This document shows positions 45,980 through 59,644 of a stretch of DNA of 64,000 nucleotides, in pieces. The DNA is taken from assembly GCA_012295275.1 (NCBI GenBank), contig CM022673.1:30133427-30197426 (forward strand), given 5' to 3'. Each line of letters opens with the position of its first letter. Within the stretch, counting starts at the first letter, position 1. This DNA is from Chrysomallon squamiferum (taxonomy: Eukaryota; Animalia; Mollusca). The position numbers and the translations under genes were made by a program. The notes under the pieces are model-generated. The model saw only the letters and a program-made list of their open reading frames with translations, was not told the DNA's origin and did no database searches.

Positions 45980-46895
45980 GTCTGACATTTTCAGCTTAAA
46001 TGAATCTGAGATATAACTTATATTAATTTACATATTTTAGTAGCCATTAAATCTGTGGAACTATTAAATGACAAGATGTATATAGTTTACTCAGGAGATG
46101 AATTATGAATATAGTGTTGAATTACTGTGTTATTCCAGTAACAGATGCAAGTAACACTAGAGCAATGTATTTTTTTTATATATATTAAATGGCAGAAAAA
46201 AAGAATGTATTAAAAATACAAGGTGGAGAAAAATTTCAAATACCGAGCATTAGTTGTGTGAAATTAATGATTGTACGAGAAACAAATATCAAAGTTCTAC
46301 GCATATTTATTTAGACATACCTATGTCACCAATGTTTAGTTTGAATTCTAATTAGTGAACAAAATGCAAAACAATTACAACTAAGAGGTGTTACCAAGAC
46401 TGGTGCGAATCTTTTATTTATAGTTTATAAAAGTGAGTGAGGTGTTGAATGGATCTCTAGTAGGATTTCAGCCGGTCACTTTAACAGTTTTGAAAAAATT
46501 TAACTTAAAAAACCCCCACCCAAAAAAAACCCAACAACAACATAAATAACAAAAAACAAAAACATACAACTAATATACTAGAAGCATCTGAAATGTTGAT
46601 GATGTCTTTGAATGGAACACAAACACATTTGTCAATCGAACAGAAAAGCGAGATTTTAGTGAATCTGGAAACTGTGAATAGGCAACAATGATTTCAGAAG
46701 AGTAAATGGATTCAGATGTATTTTTTTTTCTTTATGATGGGATTAGTTGTCCGAACCCAACATCTAATTTAACTGAAACTTTGACTAGGAAGACCCTCCT
46801 ACACATACACCCAGAAACACAGAGGAACTGCCACAGTCGCCATCCAAGATAGACCATCCAAGTTCTTATGCGCACACCATTCTTCCGGGGGGTGG

Positions 46896-46983
<88 letters not shown>

Positions 46984-47200
46984 ATTTTCTCTCCTTCTTT
47001 TTTTTTTTTTACAATGAAATTGCGCAGAAAGAAAATAATTTTGCATCGCAATTAATAACCTTAAATATGCTAAAATATATTAATGCATGTGATATACGAT
47101 CAAATGAGGTATGTTTGACTGACTGGTTTAATAAATTAAATCATTATATTTTTCCACATCAAACGCTGCACTTAATTTAAAGATTTTATGATAACATAGT
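45071..47200 (+). repeat. Local direct duplication in two blocks
   Basis: 45071-45171 matches 46046-46166 (attaaatctgtggaactattaaatgacaa...actagagcaat); 45581-45760 matches 47020-47200 (ttgcgca...aaacgctgcacttaattt). Confidence 0.9.
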
Positions 47201-47497
47201 TTTGTAAATTTGTCATATATTTTTATCAGCTGTTTATATATACACATGAAGTTCCGATATATATTATTTTACATTATTATTATTATTTTTTTTAAATCTG
47301 AGGCACCTTGTCATGAATATCATGTGCAAAGTTTAGCTGTATTAAGCGGAGTTTAGCTGTATTCTCTTATATGAATTTTTCTCAACTTTTAATTTTAAAG
47401 ACGATCTCTTTTCTGTCTCCTAACTCTAAATAATATTCATAACTTTCATCTGAATAAATTATGTAAACGCTGTTATTTACTAAAAATTAATATACAG

Positions 47498-47577
<80 letters not shown>

Positions 47578-50329
47578 TATATTCTCCGGAAGTACTACTT
47601 TCAAATAGGTTACAGCAAAACGTAGTATTGCACTTCACTGAAGTGAAAACTAAATACGACAGTAATTGAAAAGCAACGGGATTTGCACTGCATAAAACCG
47701 ACTATGGTGCTATAGGACTTCTACTTAACATTTGGTGTTTGGTTCAGTGGTCTAACCAATCGTTATAGCACGACGCTAAACGCATCTGTGAAATGTATTA
47801 TTATTATTTTTATTTATTTAGTTTATTATATATATCGAAAATATGTAATATCTGTCAAATTTTGGATGCTTCAATAAATAGAAAATAAACTTACAATTTC
47901 TTAAAATAAAATCATCAATTGTTTTTAAACTTTAATATATTTACTGACAACCAAGATTTAATATTTGATGCTTTGTTGTGAATTTCTGTTGTTCCTTTTC
48001 CATTCTGTTACTTATACTGTTAGAAAACGTCTTCACCTTAGTCCGTTCTTGCTCAAATTATGCAAATGATGAATTTTTATTTATTAACGTTATGTTCCTG
48101 AATTGAAATTTTAATTTGCAACACGCTCTACGATTTCATAACTTTGAAAAACATTTTTGATTAAATTAGCAGAATAAGGAGAATCTATTTTACTGTATTT
48201 GTTATATAGGAATGAGCAAACTGTTCGATAAAAGAATCGAGTTGCATCTTCGGAATTTTACCTCTTCTGGAAAATTGCAATCAATAACACTTTTATTGCA
48301 GTCTTTTCTTGTTTCCTGAATTGATTACCTTTCACTACACATCAGATTTTTCCTTCTCCTGGCCCTCTATTCTGATTCTGTTGGACAATACTTAGAACAT
48401 TGGTCAATGGAATATCCATTTTCTTTTCATTTTTTTATTCATGGTCCTTAAACTATGCACATCATATCAGGTATGTGAAATTTTCTTCGATTATCAGAAA
48501 CGTACACCTTCTTAGATCATAATATTATCTGATTATATCTAAATAGAAAGGAAAGCAAGATGCTAACGTCTTGTAATATGTACGCAATCTGAATTTCACT
48601 TTTTCTTTAGATAAAAGAAAATTAATAAATTTGATGAATTGTGTATCTAATGAATTCAGAAAGTTAAATCAAGTAAAATTAGGTCAGGACAACTGAAATT
48701 CATTTCCTTTAAATTATTTAATGTTTTTTATTATTATTGTTATTGTTATTCTTCTTCTTCTTCTTCTTCTTCTTCTTATTATTATTATTATTATTAGTAG
48801 TAGTAGTAGTAGTAGTAGTAGTATTGTTGTTGTTGTTTGTTTGTTTGCTTGCAACCTGATTAATTGATGCTGCTTCTACTCTTCATACAAAATGTACTAA
48901 CTTCCTATAATAATTTAAGATACATTTATTTATTTATTTTTTAATATTAATCTGATTTTACCAATGCAGGATGTACTAAAAAAAATGTATGTTTAATGTA
49001 TTCTGATGAATGAATTAACTGAATAAATTAATATTTTTTTCTCTTTTCTTTCTTTCTTTCTTTCTTTCTTCCTTTTTTCTTTCTTTCTTTTTTTATTTTA
49101 ATTTTTCTTTTTTCTTTTTTCTTTTTATTTATTTATTCATTTATTTATTTATTTTTTTTGTAAATCTAATATTCTAATTGTTGAATTATTTCTCTTTTAA
49201 TCTTTTTTTGTTTTGTTCTTAACAGATGTTACTTGGGAAATTGTCTGGAACCAAGGATGCTAAAAATCGGTTGTATAACCGTGAATATCTATGAGCGTGA
49301 AGAAAAATAACAACTAAAGAAAAATAATTATAAAATTATTTTTCTTTTCTATGACTCTCATTTTTTTCCTGTTATAATATTATTTTGTTTAGTTTCGAAA
49401 AATTAATATAAAAAAGTACATATTTTCACGTAAATGAATACAGTTAAACTTCTCTTATCTGAACATCAATGTGTTAATATGCCGGACTGTAAGAAAATAC
49501 TTTCAAGGTTCTGTGACTATACTGAGTGTAAAATTGAAAATAATACTTATGGCAGCAATGTTTAAAAGGGAACTGAAGAGTTACTGAAGAAAACTGATAT
49601 ACCGAAAATTCGAAAGCGTTATAATGTTTATCAGGTTTATATTAATAGAACATCTTTCTCCTGAGAATGTATCTGTTAAAAGCGATCAAGTTTATTGACG
49701 TTTCTGTGACGAGAAACTGAACACCGTTGATAATCGAAAGAAATCCAGAACCTCTGAAAAGGCAGCTAAGACTTCACAAGACTAATTGTGTTAAGTATGG
49801 CTTCCTTTTTGTATTTTAATCAGTTACACGAACAAAATATTTCAAATAACTGAGCTGTAAATGTACACATTTGTTCAATACTTTTACTTCTACTAATAAC
49901 AAAACATCAGCACCACCACTAAAAACAATTATGGCGACAAGAGCGAAAGCAGCAGCAGAAGCAGCAATAAAAACAACAATGATTATGATGATGATTGTAT
50001 TCACATGAAAAAGAAAGATGTAAATAGCAATGGAATAAAGAGTTTAATGGAAGTTTCAAATCACATATGAGATATACACCAGTATCACTTAAAAAACGAC
50101 TACCACTACCACACTCAGTAACAGCAACAGCAACATTAATAAAAACAAAAACATACATACAACGCCCACATATAAATGTTCACATGGATACCAATGTATA
50201 TAGAGTGTTCATGGTTACTTCAATTATATTGAGATACTAGTCTTAAATAGGAGAACTTTGAAAGAGACATGTTTTGATATAGCAATGATATATATAAAAC
50301 TGTGGAATGTCAAATCATGGCATACTTGC

Positions 50330-51258
50330 ACCATGGCTGGACTTCGGAAAGTGGAGTATTTATTGTCATAGCGGGGTACGCCCCAAATCCGCTTACATGA
50401 TAACCTCTAGAACAAGAATGCTGTTGGAGAAACTTGTACTCACTGGGAATGTGTCATCAAGACTTGCAATGGAAGATGCACTGCCGTTGGTGATTACGTC
50501 AGGAACACCACTGATCACACCCGCTCACCACAAGATTCAGAACGTCTGAAGTTTCTCAGCACTATGCGAAAGCGGGCCAGAGAAGAAACAACACTGTTGA
50601 ATGCTCTTTACAATGAAGAGATAGTCAGAAAAGACCCAGATCAAGTCCGAGTATTGCCATCATTCCACAGCATGAGCAGCGCACTGAACAGACATCGGCG
50701 GAAGCAGATCCCTGCACTTCCCCTGACAGGATCCGACGTGGACCTTACTGTAGAATGGACAATGACTGCCGATGGCCACCCTTTCCTCTTGACTATTGAT
50801 GGCGATGCAGATAAGATACTGATCTTCTCCACTGATCAAAAGCTTCATTCTTTGCAATCGGCCGACACTATCTACATGGACGGCACCTTTTCTTCATGTT
50901 CTGAGCTCTGGGATCAAGTTTACATTCTTCATGCCAAGAGCGGGCCAACCACATACGCGCTAGTACAGGCCTTGCTTCCCCACAGACAAGTAGCCACCTA
51001 CTGCAGACTGTTCAGTCAACTCAAGACCAAAGTTCAGGGAAGAGTCAACCTAACTCTTAATATGAAGCGTCGTTCTTTAATCTAGTCTAATTGACCTAAT
51101 CAGTAAGCGTAACAATTACCCCAAGCATACTATGATGCCATATTCAATACTCTACAAACCTTTACATTTTGTTATATAAAAGAATTGTTACTTTTCTCCT
51201 GTGACCGTTTTTCCTATACTAAACTGCGACTTTTTTCGGTGACTTTTTCCCACCCACC
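50330..51258 (+). mobile_element. MULE transposase remnant (FLYWCH-like Zn finger plus N-terminal part of the catalytic domain), truncated
   Basis: HWECVIKTCNGRC lies in frame upstream of ORF 50564-51085, which contains ILIFST..L..L..ADTIYMDGTF..C...W.QVYILHA and ALLP; gactttt-rich terminal repeats at 51190-51258. Confidence 0.88.
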
Positions 51259-51950
51259 AAATACCAAAACACGGTGAGAAAATACGTCTAGGAATGTTAC
51301 GAAAGACATTTTCTTCTTATAACTAAGTCTAATATACGACGATAATTTTATAGTAATTTATTGGGTAAATAGAAATATTATATACTCTTGTTAATACTTC
51401 TGACAGAAACAGGGCTACTAATCCCACTCTCAAGATGTGCTTTCTTGCAGTCATTAAGAATATGTTACCAGTATTCATCAATGTATATCTGCTTTCAGTT
51501 AACGAAATGAATACCCGATGTGTCTAAGATACATTTGACGGAAATGACCGCTTACCTTGTACAAAGAAATAAAATATAGAATTAAATTAATAAATTACAA
51601 ATTAACTGTTCCCAATGAAAAAGATATATCAATCTTTTAGACATTTGAACAAAATAGCCCGATTTTAGGAACCTTTAATTCATTGTACCCAGTAACAGTA
51701 ACATTACTTGCTGCTGTTCAATTTTCAGCAACAGTGAAAAATAAACTATATTTCAGAATTAATCAAATATCGTCAAATTACTATCTTGGAAGTTGGTACC
51801 GGTGTTTCTTGAAACAAAATGTGTATATATGGAAATGACGAAAAGAACAAGTAAACAAAATTAGTTACTTTTAGAGAGTCTGTCTCTCTCTGACACTCTC
51901 ATTTTTTTCTTTTTCTCTCACTCTGTGTGTATATGTGTGTGTGTTTACAA

Positions 51951-52042
<92 letters not shown>

Positions 52043-54009
52043 GATCTCTATTTCTATTTCAAACACTACTTGCAGAATAAGTTCCTGGACTTACACCATC
52101 AGATTTACTCATTTTATTTACTTAAAAAAAAGAAGAAAGACAAATAGAAAAAGACAAAAAAGACGATGAACATGAACAAATGTTTGTTTTGCACTCATTT
52201 TCCTGTAAACCTTTTGAAATATTACGAATTGTTCATGAAGCATTATAGATAGCTTGTCACAAGGATTAGGGATTAGGCTGAAGGGATCGCTTTAAAGATA
52301 TCTTTAAAATGGTGCAGTGGAAATTCGAAAAAGTGAATTAGATGCTTATTAATTCTGTAGAATTAAATTAAATTAAATTCATGAATATATATCGGAAATT
52401 AAAAATTTAAATTTTTAATTTAAAGTAAGTTAGGAAGCCTATAATCTTATGAAATACATATTTATTTCGCTTATTGGTGGCACTGGCGTAAAATACAGTT
52501 ATGAGCGTAGGCGTTAGAAATTGATTGATATTTTGATGAATTTTAGTGGATGGTTTTATCTTTATAGATAATGTAAAAATTAGCTAATCAAAATAATGAC
52601 TTTATAGTCTGCTAATTTGAACAGATTTTGTTTTCTTCAGATTAGCTAGATCTGATTATATTTTCAGTCCAATTCTTTCAAACATGGAATACCTTGTGCA
52701 GATCTAAACGTTGGTTGGTATTGTATTTCAATTTTCAATAATACTGTAAAACTAAGACTGTTACTAAAATACATTCTATCTAAAGAATAATAAACATTTG
52801 ATAAACTGATACTATTGTTTCCAAGAGGTAAGTGAAGTACCCTGACAAACATATATTGTTGAATGTATTTTAACATTGAATTAGAAATATAGGACCACTC
52901 ACTCTCTCAATATATCAATATATGTGTGTGTGTGTGTGTGTGCTACTGTGTGTGTGTGTGTGTGTGTCAGCACGGAACCTAATCGTGACTAAAAAGGAAT
53001 ATATACATTAAACGACTAATTACGAAGAAAATTAGAATGACAGACCAAAACTGGGACGCAATCCACATCGTGAGCATGAGGACAGATACATAAAAAGAAA
53101 AGAAAATCACCAAATTATTCAGATAATTAAGAATGTCTGATATGTGTTGTTAGTTACATTTTGATATGTTTGTGATAAGTAACACAGTACATCAAAAAAA
53201 GAAAGAACAACAAAACATCCCCAATAACAACAATCAAATAAAAGAAAAAAGGGAGAAATACAGAAAAGACGAAATGAAATAGAAAAGCATATCCAGTAAG
53301 TATAATGTATGCAGAGAGTCGGCGTTTTCCTACATTTTAGTTTGCATTTTATTATAATTGTCTATAAAAGAAAAAATTCAGAACATTTTACAAACAAACT
53401 TTTGTCAGTTTATTACACGTAAAATTAACTGTTTTCGATGAATACTGTGCGTTCAAGATCAATAATTACAACTTTCAGAATGGTAGTTTTGTGATATTTT
53501 GATAACTTTGAAACATATATATGTAACTACTGTTTATTATTATTATTATTAATTTATTTATGCATTTTCTTCTTTTTTTCTTTGTTTCTGTAAAACTGTA
53601 CGACGCCACCGATCAGAAATAAATTAATGTATCAGAACTGAAACAGCGTTCATAGCTCTAAAAGGATAAGCAAATCATCAAAAATGGACACGCATTGCTG
53701 GAAATCGGGGTAAGACCTTCTACTAGAAATTCCTTCTATGATTTCATTGCACATATTTTGTTAATATTTATCATCAAAATCACCTTTGCGTGCATTTGTA
53801 ATAAAAATGTGTGAAATAGCTTTTCGTTTTGATTAATTTCACTCAAACATCGAATTATTTATTCCTCCATGCCCTTTCCATAAATCTTAATGATTCACTG
53901 TCTATGTTAAAAAACCCTATAAAACATACATTGATGATATTTTAAAATAAATATAGTATGATTCAGTCAACAGAAGAATTTTGGCTCCATGAGAATGTCA
54001 TGAGAGATA

Positions 54010-54057
<48 letters not shown>

Positions 54058-55017
54058 TAATAAAAATAATAATAATAATCATAATAATAATAAAAATAAC
54101 AACAACAACAACAATAACAACAATAAAAACATGTATGCACAACTGTTGAGTTTCTATTTTATATTAATCCATTTTATTTCATTTTAATTTATTTATTTAT
54201 TTATTTATTTATATTTTTGATGTATGAGTAAATCAAATAAAATAGCTTTAACTAGTTATTTGCCATAATAAAACTACGGACTACGGCAACCTCATCGACT
54301 TGATCAAAAATTTTAAAAGTTTTATTAAAAACAAGTTGCTTTGGTTCCTCTGTTTTGAAGGAAATGTTTGCCCTGGTGACACTACAACCTACCTTCCTAT
54401 AATTCACTGACCATGTTGAAAAAGAAAACAAGAATATATTACATCTACAGAAGAATTCATGACTACGTGAGTCAGATTCATGACGCTGACATATTAAATT
54501 TTAAAATACAAATGTCTGATAGAACAAAAGACATATATATGCAAAGCTGTCGTGTTTTGGGGTTGTGAAAAATGTCAGAATTTGTGACGGCAGTGACAAA
54601 TTAGATTGCGTAAGACCAGCTGGCGGTGCTCTTTTTGTTTAAACTATTTATGATTGTGTGGCAAAGAATATTATTTTTAATATGTTAATAAACTCATATT
54701 TAAGACAATACCTCTGGTAATCTTGCTAAGTAAGTTGTAGTTTTTACAGTTTTAATATGTTATAACTAATTCTAATTTATAATTAGTTCCAATTTCAACA
54801 ATTGTAAACGTCCGTTATATTTTAAGTTATAATTTCGTCTTTTTATAGCTTTCAGGTATAATATGAAGATAATGGTAAGTGCAGTGGAAAAAAAAATGAC
54901 CTTTCTCTTAATACCACATTATCATGAATATCTGCACATATTAATATATACACCTTTAACACATAAACATATACAGACCTGACTCACTTTTTGTATTTAT
55001 TCGTTTTATAGACAAAC

Positions 55018-55095
<78 letters not shown>

Positions 55096-57642
55096 AAAAT
55101 AAATTAATTCTGTTGACTCCGTATTAAGTGGGAGAATGACAATTAGAGTGAAAATATCCAGATCATGAAACAGTTCAGAAGGGATACATTAGAAAATGTG
55201 AAATGCTAATTCTTAGGGGTTCACGTTTCTCTTTTAACAAGATGTTTTCTTGATCTAGTAAAGGATCTTATAATAATAAAGATATCTTGTTGAGTACTCT
55301 TGCCTCCTGAAACCGGGGCTCAAAGCACTTTACAGTGAGAGAGTATTAAGAAAACATGGGAAAAATTGGATGGATAATGAATTACAGTGTAATAATAGTA
55401 CTTAATAAAAGGTATAAAAATAATGGTCATTTTGCTCAGAAATAAAAACCTTCAGACAGAATTCAGGAAGTTGTTATTGCGTAAAATCGGTTTTTGACTC
55501 CCTTGTGACATGTTTTAAGGAGAGGTTTGACAGAAAACATCTGGTGACATCTCTCTCAGGTCGATTCCTTTACTGGGATGGTATTACGAAACACTGCTTT
55601 TTTGGTTCGATACCCAGCTAGATTTTCAGGGGCAAAGAAAAGTTACTTAGGGTTAGGTTTAGGGTTAGAGTTAAAACAATGAAAACAATTGTAACACATT
55701 TTTGTCTACAAATTTTGAGAAAGTATTTCATAAAATATTAAGAATTTGATTTTGATGTAAGTTAATTAGATCTGGTTGTAAATGGGAAAAGTTTTAATGT
55801 CTTAGTAAATAACTAGAAAGGCATTAAGCCACGAGTTACGCGAACGGAGAAACTCTATTTTTGGAATGACGTAGAAGAGATTCGTACAGCCCATATATAC
55901 AGAATCAACTACAATAATGTTTAGTGAATAATTGAAAATTTATTTAAAGATTTTTTTTGTACTTTGTGCTGATGATAACACGTGTGATGAGAATCACTGG
56001 ATGCTAAACATTTTTACAGATTATTGTAGGCCATGCATGTTTAAACACTAATGACACTAAAAGAGATGATTTCCAATAAAGATAGAAAAGTCCATAATTA
56101 TTTATCCCATGGAAAGAGTAGTGATACAGTTGATAACTATAACTAACCGAGCATACACATAACAAGAAATGGTTTATTCAGTACGATATAAGAAGGTTAT
56201 GTATCAAATCAATGAAAGCAAGTTAGTAGTTATTAATAGCTCAGATGAATGTATATGTCGTTTACCTTACAAACTAATGCAAGCAGTTTAACTGTATTGT
56301 GAAACAGGTGGTTGAAGAAACGTACTATTAACATAAAGACTGCATGTCAAATTTCTAAATATTTATTAAATGTTAATATATATATATATATATATCGCTG
56401 TATTTATTGGCTACGGTGAACTAGCGTGGTTTCCCTTCTGTATTTTCTTTTTTTTCTTTTGGAGAAGCTAATTCTTTAAGTTGAGACAAGTTCTCGTCGC
56501 AGGTGTCTAAAAAGGGTTTTAATCATTGAATTTTCAAAAATTAATTCAGATTAGAAAGTGATCTGACGGTGCTGTTTCAAAAGAATGCTAATACATTGTG
56601 TAAATTTAGAACACTTGATGTGAAACTGGAAGACGGTATTATATTCTGAGAGAATACAGAAAATATCATGTTTATGATCTTGATCAAATTAAAGATGAAT
56701 ATCATCATTTGTGAGAATCGTGAATTATTAAATATGTATAACTAATAAATATACGACACATCGAAAAATAATTTGTTTAATAACAAAAGTGTATTTATGT
56801 TAAGGAAGTTATATCTGTTAATTAGAACCATATATCAAAGATTTGTATTCCACTTATTTCAATTTTAATTTGTTGATTTATATATTTACTACATTATTCT
56901 CCAAACTGTAATCCCACAGTTTATGAGAAGAAATTTCGTTGTCTTTGTTTGAATTGTGTCTTTTGCTTAGAATGATTAAAGTGAATTCGAATTATTGAAG
57001 AAAATATAAAATAATTACAACAAAGTAAAAAAAAAAAATAATAAAAAGAAATATAACGAATGCCTGTGAACTTGTTACAAGGTAGATTCTGACCGGAGTT
57101 TGAGAGGAATGCTTGAAGATGTGGGCAATGTTTCTCGAAAAACAAGGCGCTCACGTTGAAGTCTATAGAGCCTATGAAAACAGAAAAAGAGGGATTTTTA
57201 CGTTCACGAGCAATTTTGTTCAAATCCGTAAAGCAGTTTTCATTTAATTAAAATTTAAAAGTGTAGCGGGACTTCAGAATGACCCTGTACTTACGTATTC
57301 AGATATATATATCTATTAAAAAAAAAAAAAAAAAATAAATATAATAATAATAATAAAAATAAAAGCGTTTAAAGTAAAACTAATTGATCAGTTTGGATTT
57401 TTTTTAAATAAATAAAGAAATAAAGGAAAGTGAAATAACTACTAATTACACGTAACTAATAAATTGATTTTTTCAAAAGACGGGAAAGCTACGGATGTTA
57501 CTGGTGTTACATTTCTTTATTGATATTGTTGTTGCTGTCGGTTTTCTTTTTAATGGCGTTTCTATAAGCTTTTGCAAGGATACATATAAACAATATCCCC
57601 CTTAGGTAAAATTCTGTTACAAAACAGTATTTTACTCTTCAG

Positions 57643-58315
57643 TACAAAATGGAAAGAAGGTATTTTCTGAAGTCAAAACATTTTTCCGACGCGATCCAAG
57701 TTTCAACTCTACATTTCTAACACAGATTACGGAACAAGGCCATCGACTTTCTCTGTCAGAATTACATGTTATATTTACTTCAACAAACAAGTCAGCAAAC
57801 ATGGAAGCAAGGTTTGATTTCAATTTCATTTTTTTTTTAGTAATTATATATCTTTAAACATTTGTTTAATTTTGGGAGTCTTTATACCTAAAATATTGCC
57901 ATATTCCAGCTTGAACTTCAGAAGAAAATTAATACGAACAGATTCAACACAGCATCTTCTTCATGTTTGAAGAGATATAGTCCTAATTCTTATATTAATA
58001 TTATTATTATTGTTATCGTTATTATTATTATTATTATTAATTTTACTAATCGTCAGGAAATATTATCGTTAAACAACCTTACTTTCTCTGAACTTCTATT
58101 CTGATACAAATAGTCCATGGTTTGTGCTTGAATGAGTTATGGTGGAAAGACAGAATAAGAATATTTCTCATCAGTACAATGACTTACGTCAAACTTTGTT
58201 TATTTCAGAATAGCTAGATCAGTGAAAGCAGGTGATTATATATTTAGCACCGAAAATTATCCAGATGACCTATGTCCAGAACGAATTGTACAAATATTTG
58301 TTTCAAAGAAAGAAG
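57643..58315 (+). pseudogene. Truncated paralogue of the Hog gene: exon 4 (57643-57811) and exon 5 (58209-58315) equivalents only
   Basis: Same exon lengths (169 and 107 nt), same phases, intact splice sites; 41/55 and 25/36 aa identical by hand count. No exon 6 before the telomere, and exons 1-3 were not found. Confidence 0.88.
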
Positions 58316-58379
58316 GTAATTTTTGTTTTTTAATAATGCTACAACAACTTGTAGTGTTTCTGGTAGCTGTTGACATGAC

Positions 58380-58715
58380 AAGAAAAATGGGTCGCACATA
58401 CCCAAATGTCGGGCAAAGGTAGCCCGACACGGGTGGAAACTGCCGCACGGCCCACCCAAGGGGAACAACTCGTTTCCGACAAGTGCAGAAAAAACGGACA
58501 TATTTTGAAAATTTGTTCGTTTTTTTTTTTTACACATTTTCAAAAGGTGCAGCACCTTTTGTAAATGTTGGAAACGTTTTTGACACATTCGCCCCGACCC
58601 CTCGCAGCTTTTGCACACGTTGAAATATTTTCCCAGATCCCCGGGAATACTGCCACCCGGGTTTTCAGTTTTTGAAATCCGAATTTCTTTCCAGTTTAGT
58701 TGAAAATGCTAGAGG
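58380..58715. other. Telomere-adjacent segment, locally GC-richer, with palindromes
   Basis: Abrupt composition change inside the paralogue intron; inverted repeats at 58407-58429 and 58534-58568. Confidence 0.6.
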
Positions 58716-58861
58716 TTGGGGTGAGGGTTAGGGTTAGGGTTGGGGTTAGGGTTAGGGTTAGGGTTAGGGTTAGGGTTAGGGTTAGGGTTAGGGTTAGGGT
58801 TAGGGTTAGGGTTAGGGTTAGGGTTAGGGTTAGGGTTAGGGTTTGGGGGTTAGGGTTAGGG

Positions 58862-58933
<72 letters not shown>

Positions 58934-59603
58934 GGTTAGGGTTAGGGGTTAGGGTTAGGGTTAGGGTTAGGGTTAGGGTTAGGGTTAGGGTTAGGGTTAG
59001 GTTAGGGTTAGGGTTAGGGTTAGGGTTAGGGTTAGGGTTAGGGTTAGGGGTTAGGGTTAGGGTTAGGGTTAGGGTTAGGGTTAGGGTTAGGGTTAGGGTT
59101 AGGGTTAGGGTTAGGGTTAGGGTTAGGGTTAGGGTTAGGGTTAGGGTTAGGGTTAGGGTTAGGGTTAGGGTTAGGGTTAGGGTTAGGGTTAGGGTTAAAA
59201 ATTAGGGTTAGGGTTAGGAGTTAGGGTTAGGGTTAGGGTTAGGGTTAGGGTTAGGAGTTAAAATTAGGATTAGGTTTAGGGTTAGGGTTAGGGTTAGGGT
59301 TAGGGTTAGGGTTAGGTTAGGGTTAGGGTTAGGGTTAGGGTTAGGGTTAGGGTTAGGGTTAGGGTTAGTCAGGGTTAGGGTTAGGGGTTAGGTTAGGGTT
59401 AGGGTTAGGAGTTAGTTAGGGTTAGGGTTAGGGTTAGGAGTTAGGGTTAGGGTTAGGGTTAGGTTAGGGTTAGGGTTAGGGTTAGGGTTTAGGAGTTAGG
59501 GTTAGGGTTAGGGTTAGGAGTTAGGGTTAGGGTTAGGGTTAGTTAGGGTTAGGAGTTAGGGTTAGGGTTAGGGTTAGGGTTAGGGTTAGGGTTAGGGTTA
59601 GGG

Positions 59604-59644
<41 letters not shown>

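Noticed and set aside
49226-49310. Strong acceptor followed by a short Cys-containing frame
   Set aside because: No partner exons or recognisable homology; the pyrimidine tract is low-complexity sequence.
54560-54642. ICDGSDKLDC...AGG as a diverged exon 3 of the telomeric paralogue
   Set aside because: Only slight similarity to VCNGNEAVEC; no following CF Hint start and an early stop.
55647-55673. Short interstitial TTAGGG-like run (another at 785-799)
   Set aside because: Only 2-4 degenerate units, which is too little to claim an earlier telomere-healing site.
57050-57290. Possible mariner-type terminus (gaccctgta) upstream of the telomeric paralogue
   Set aside because: No matching opposite TIR and no convincing transposase motif was found.
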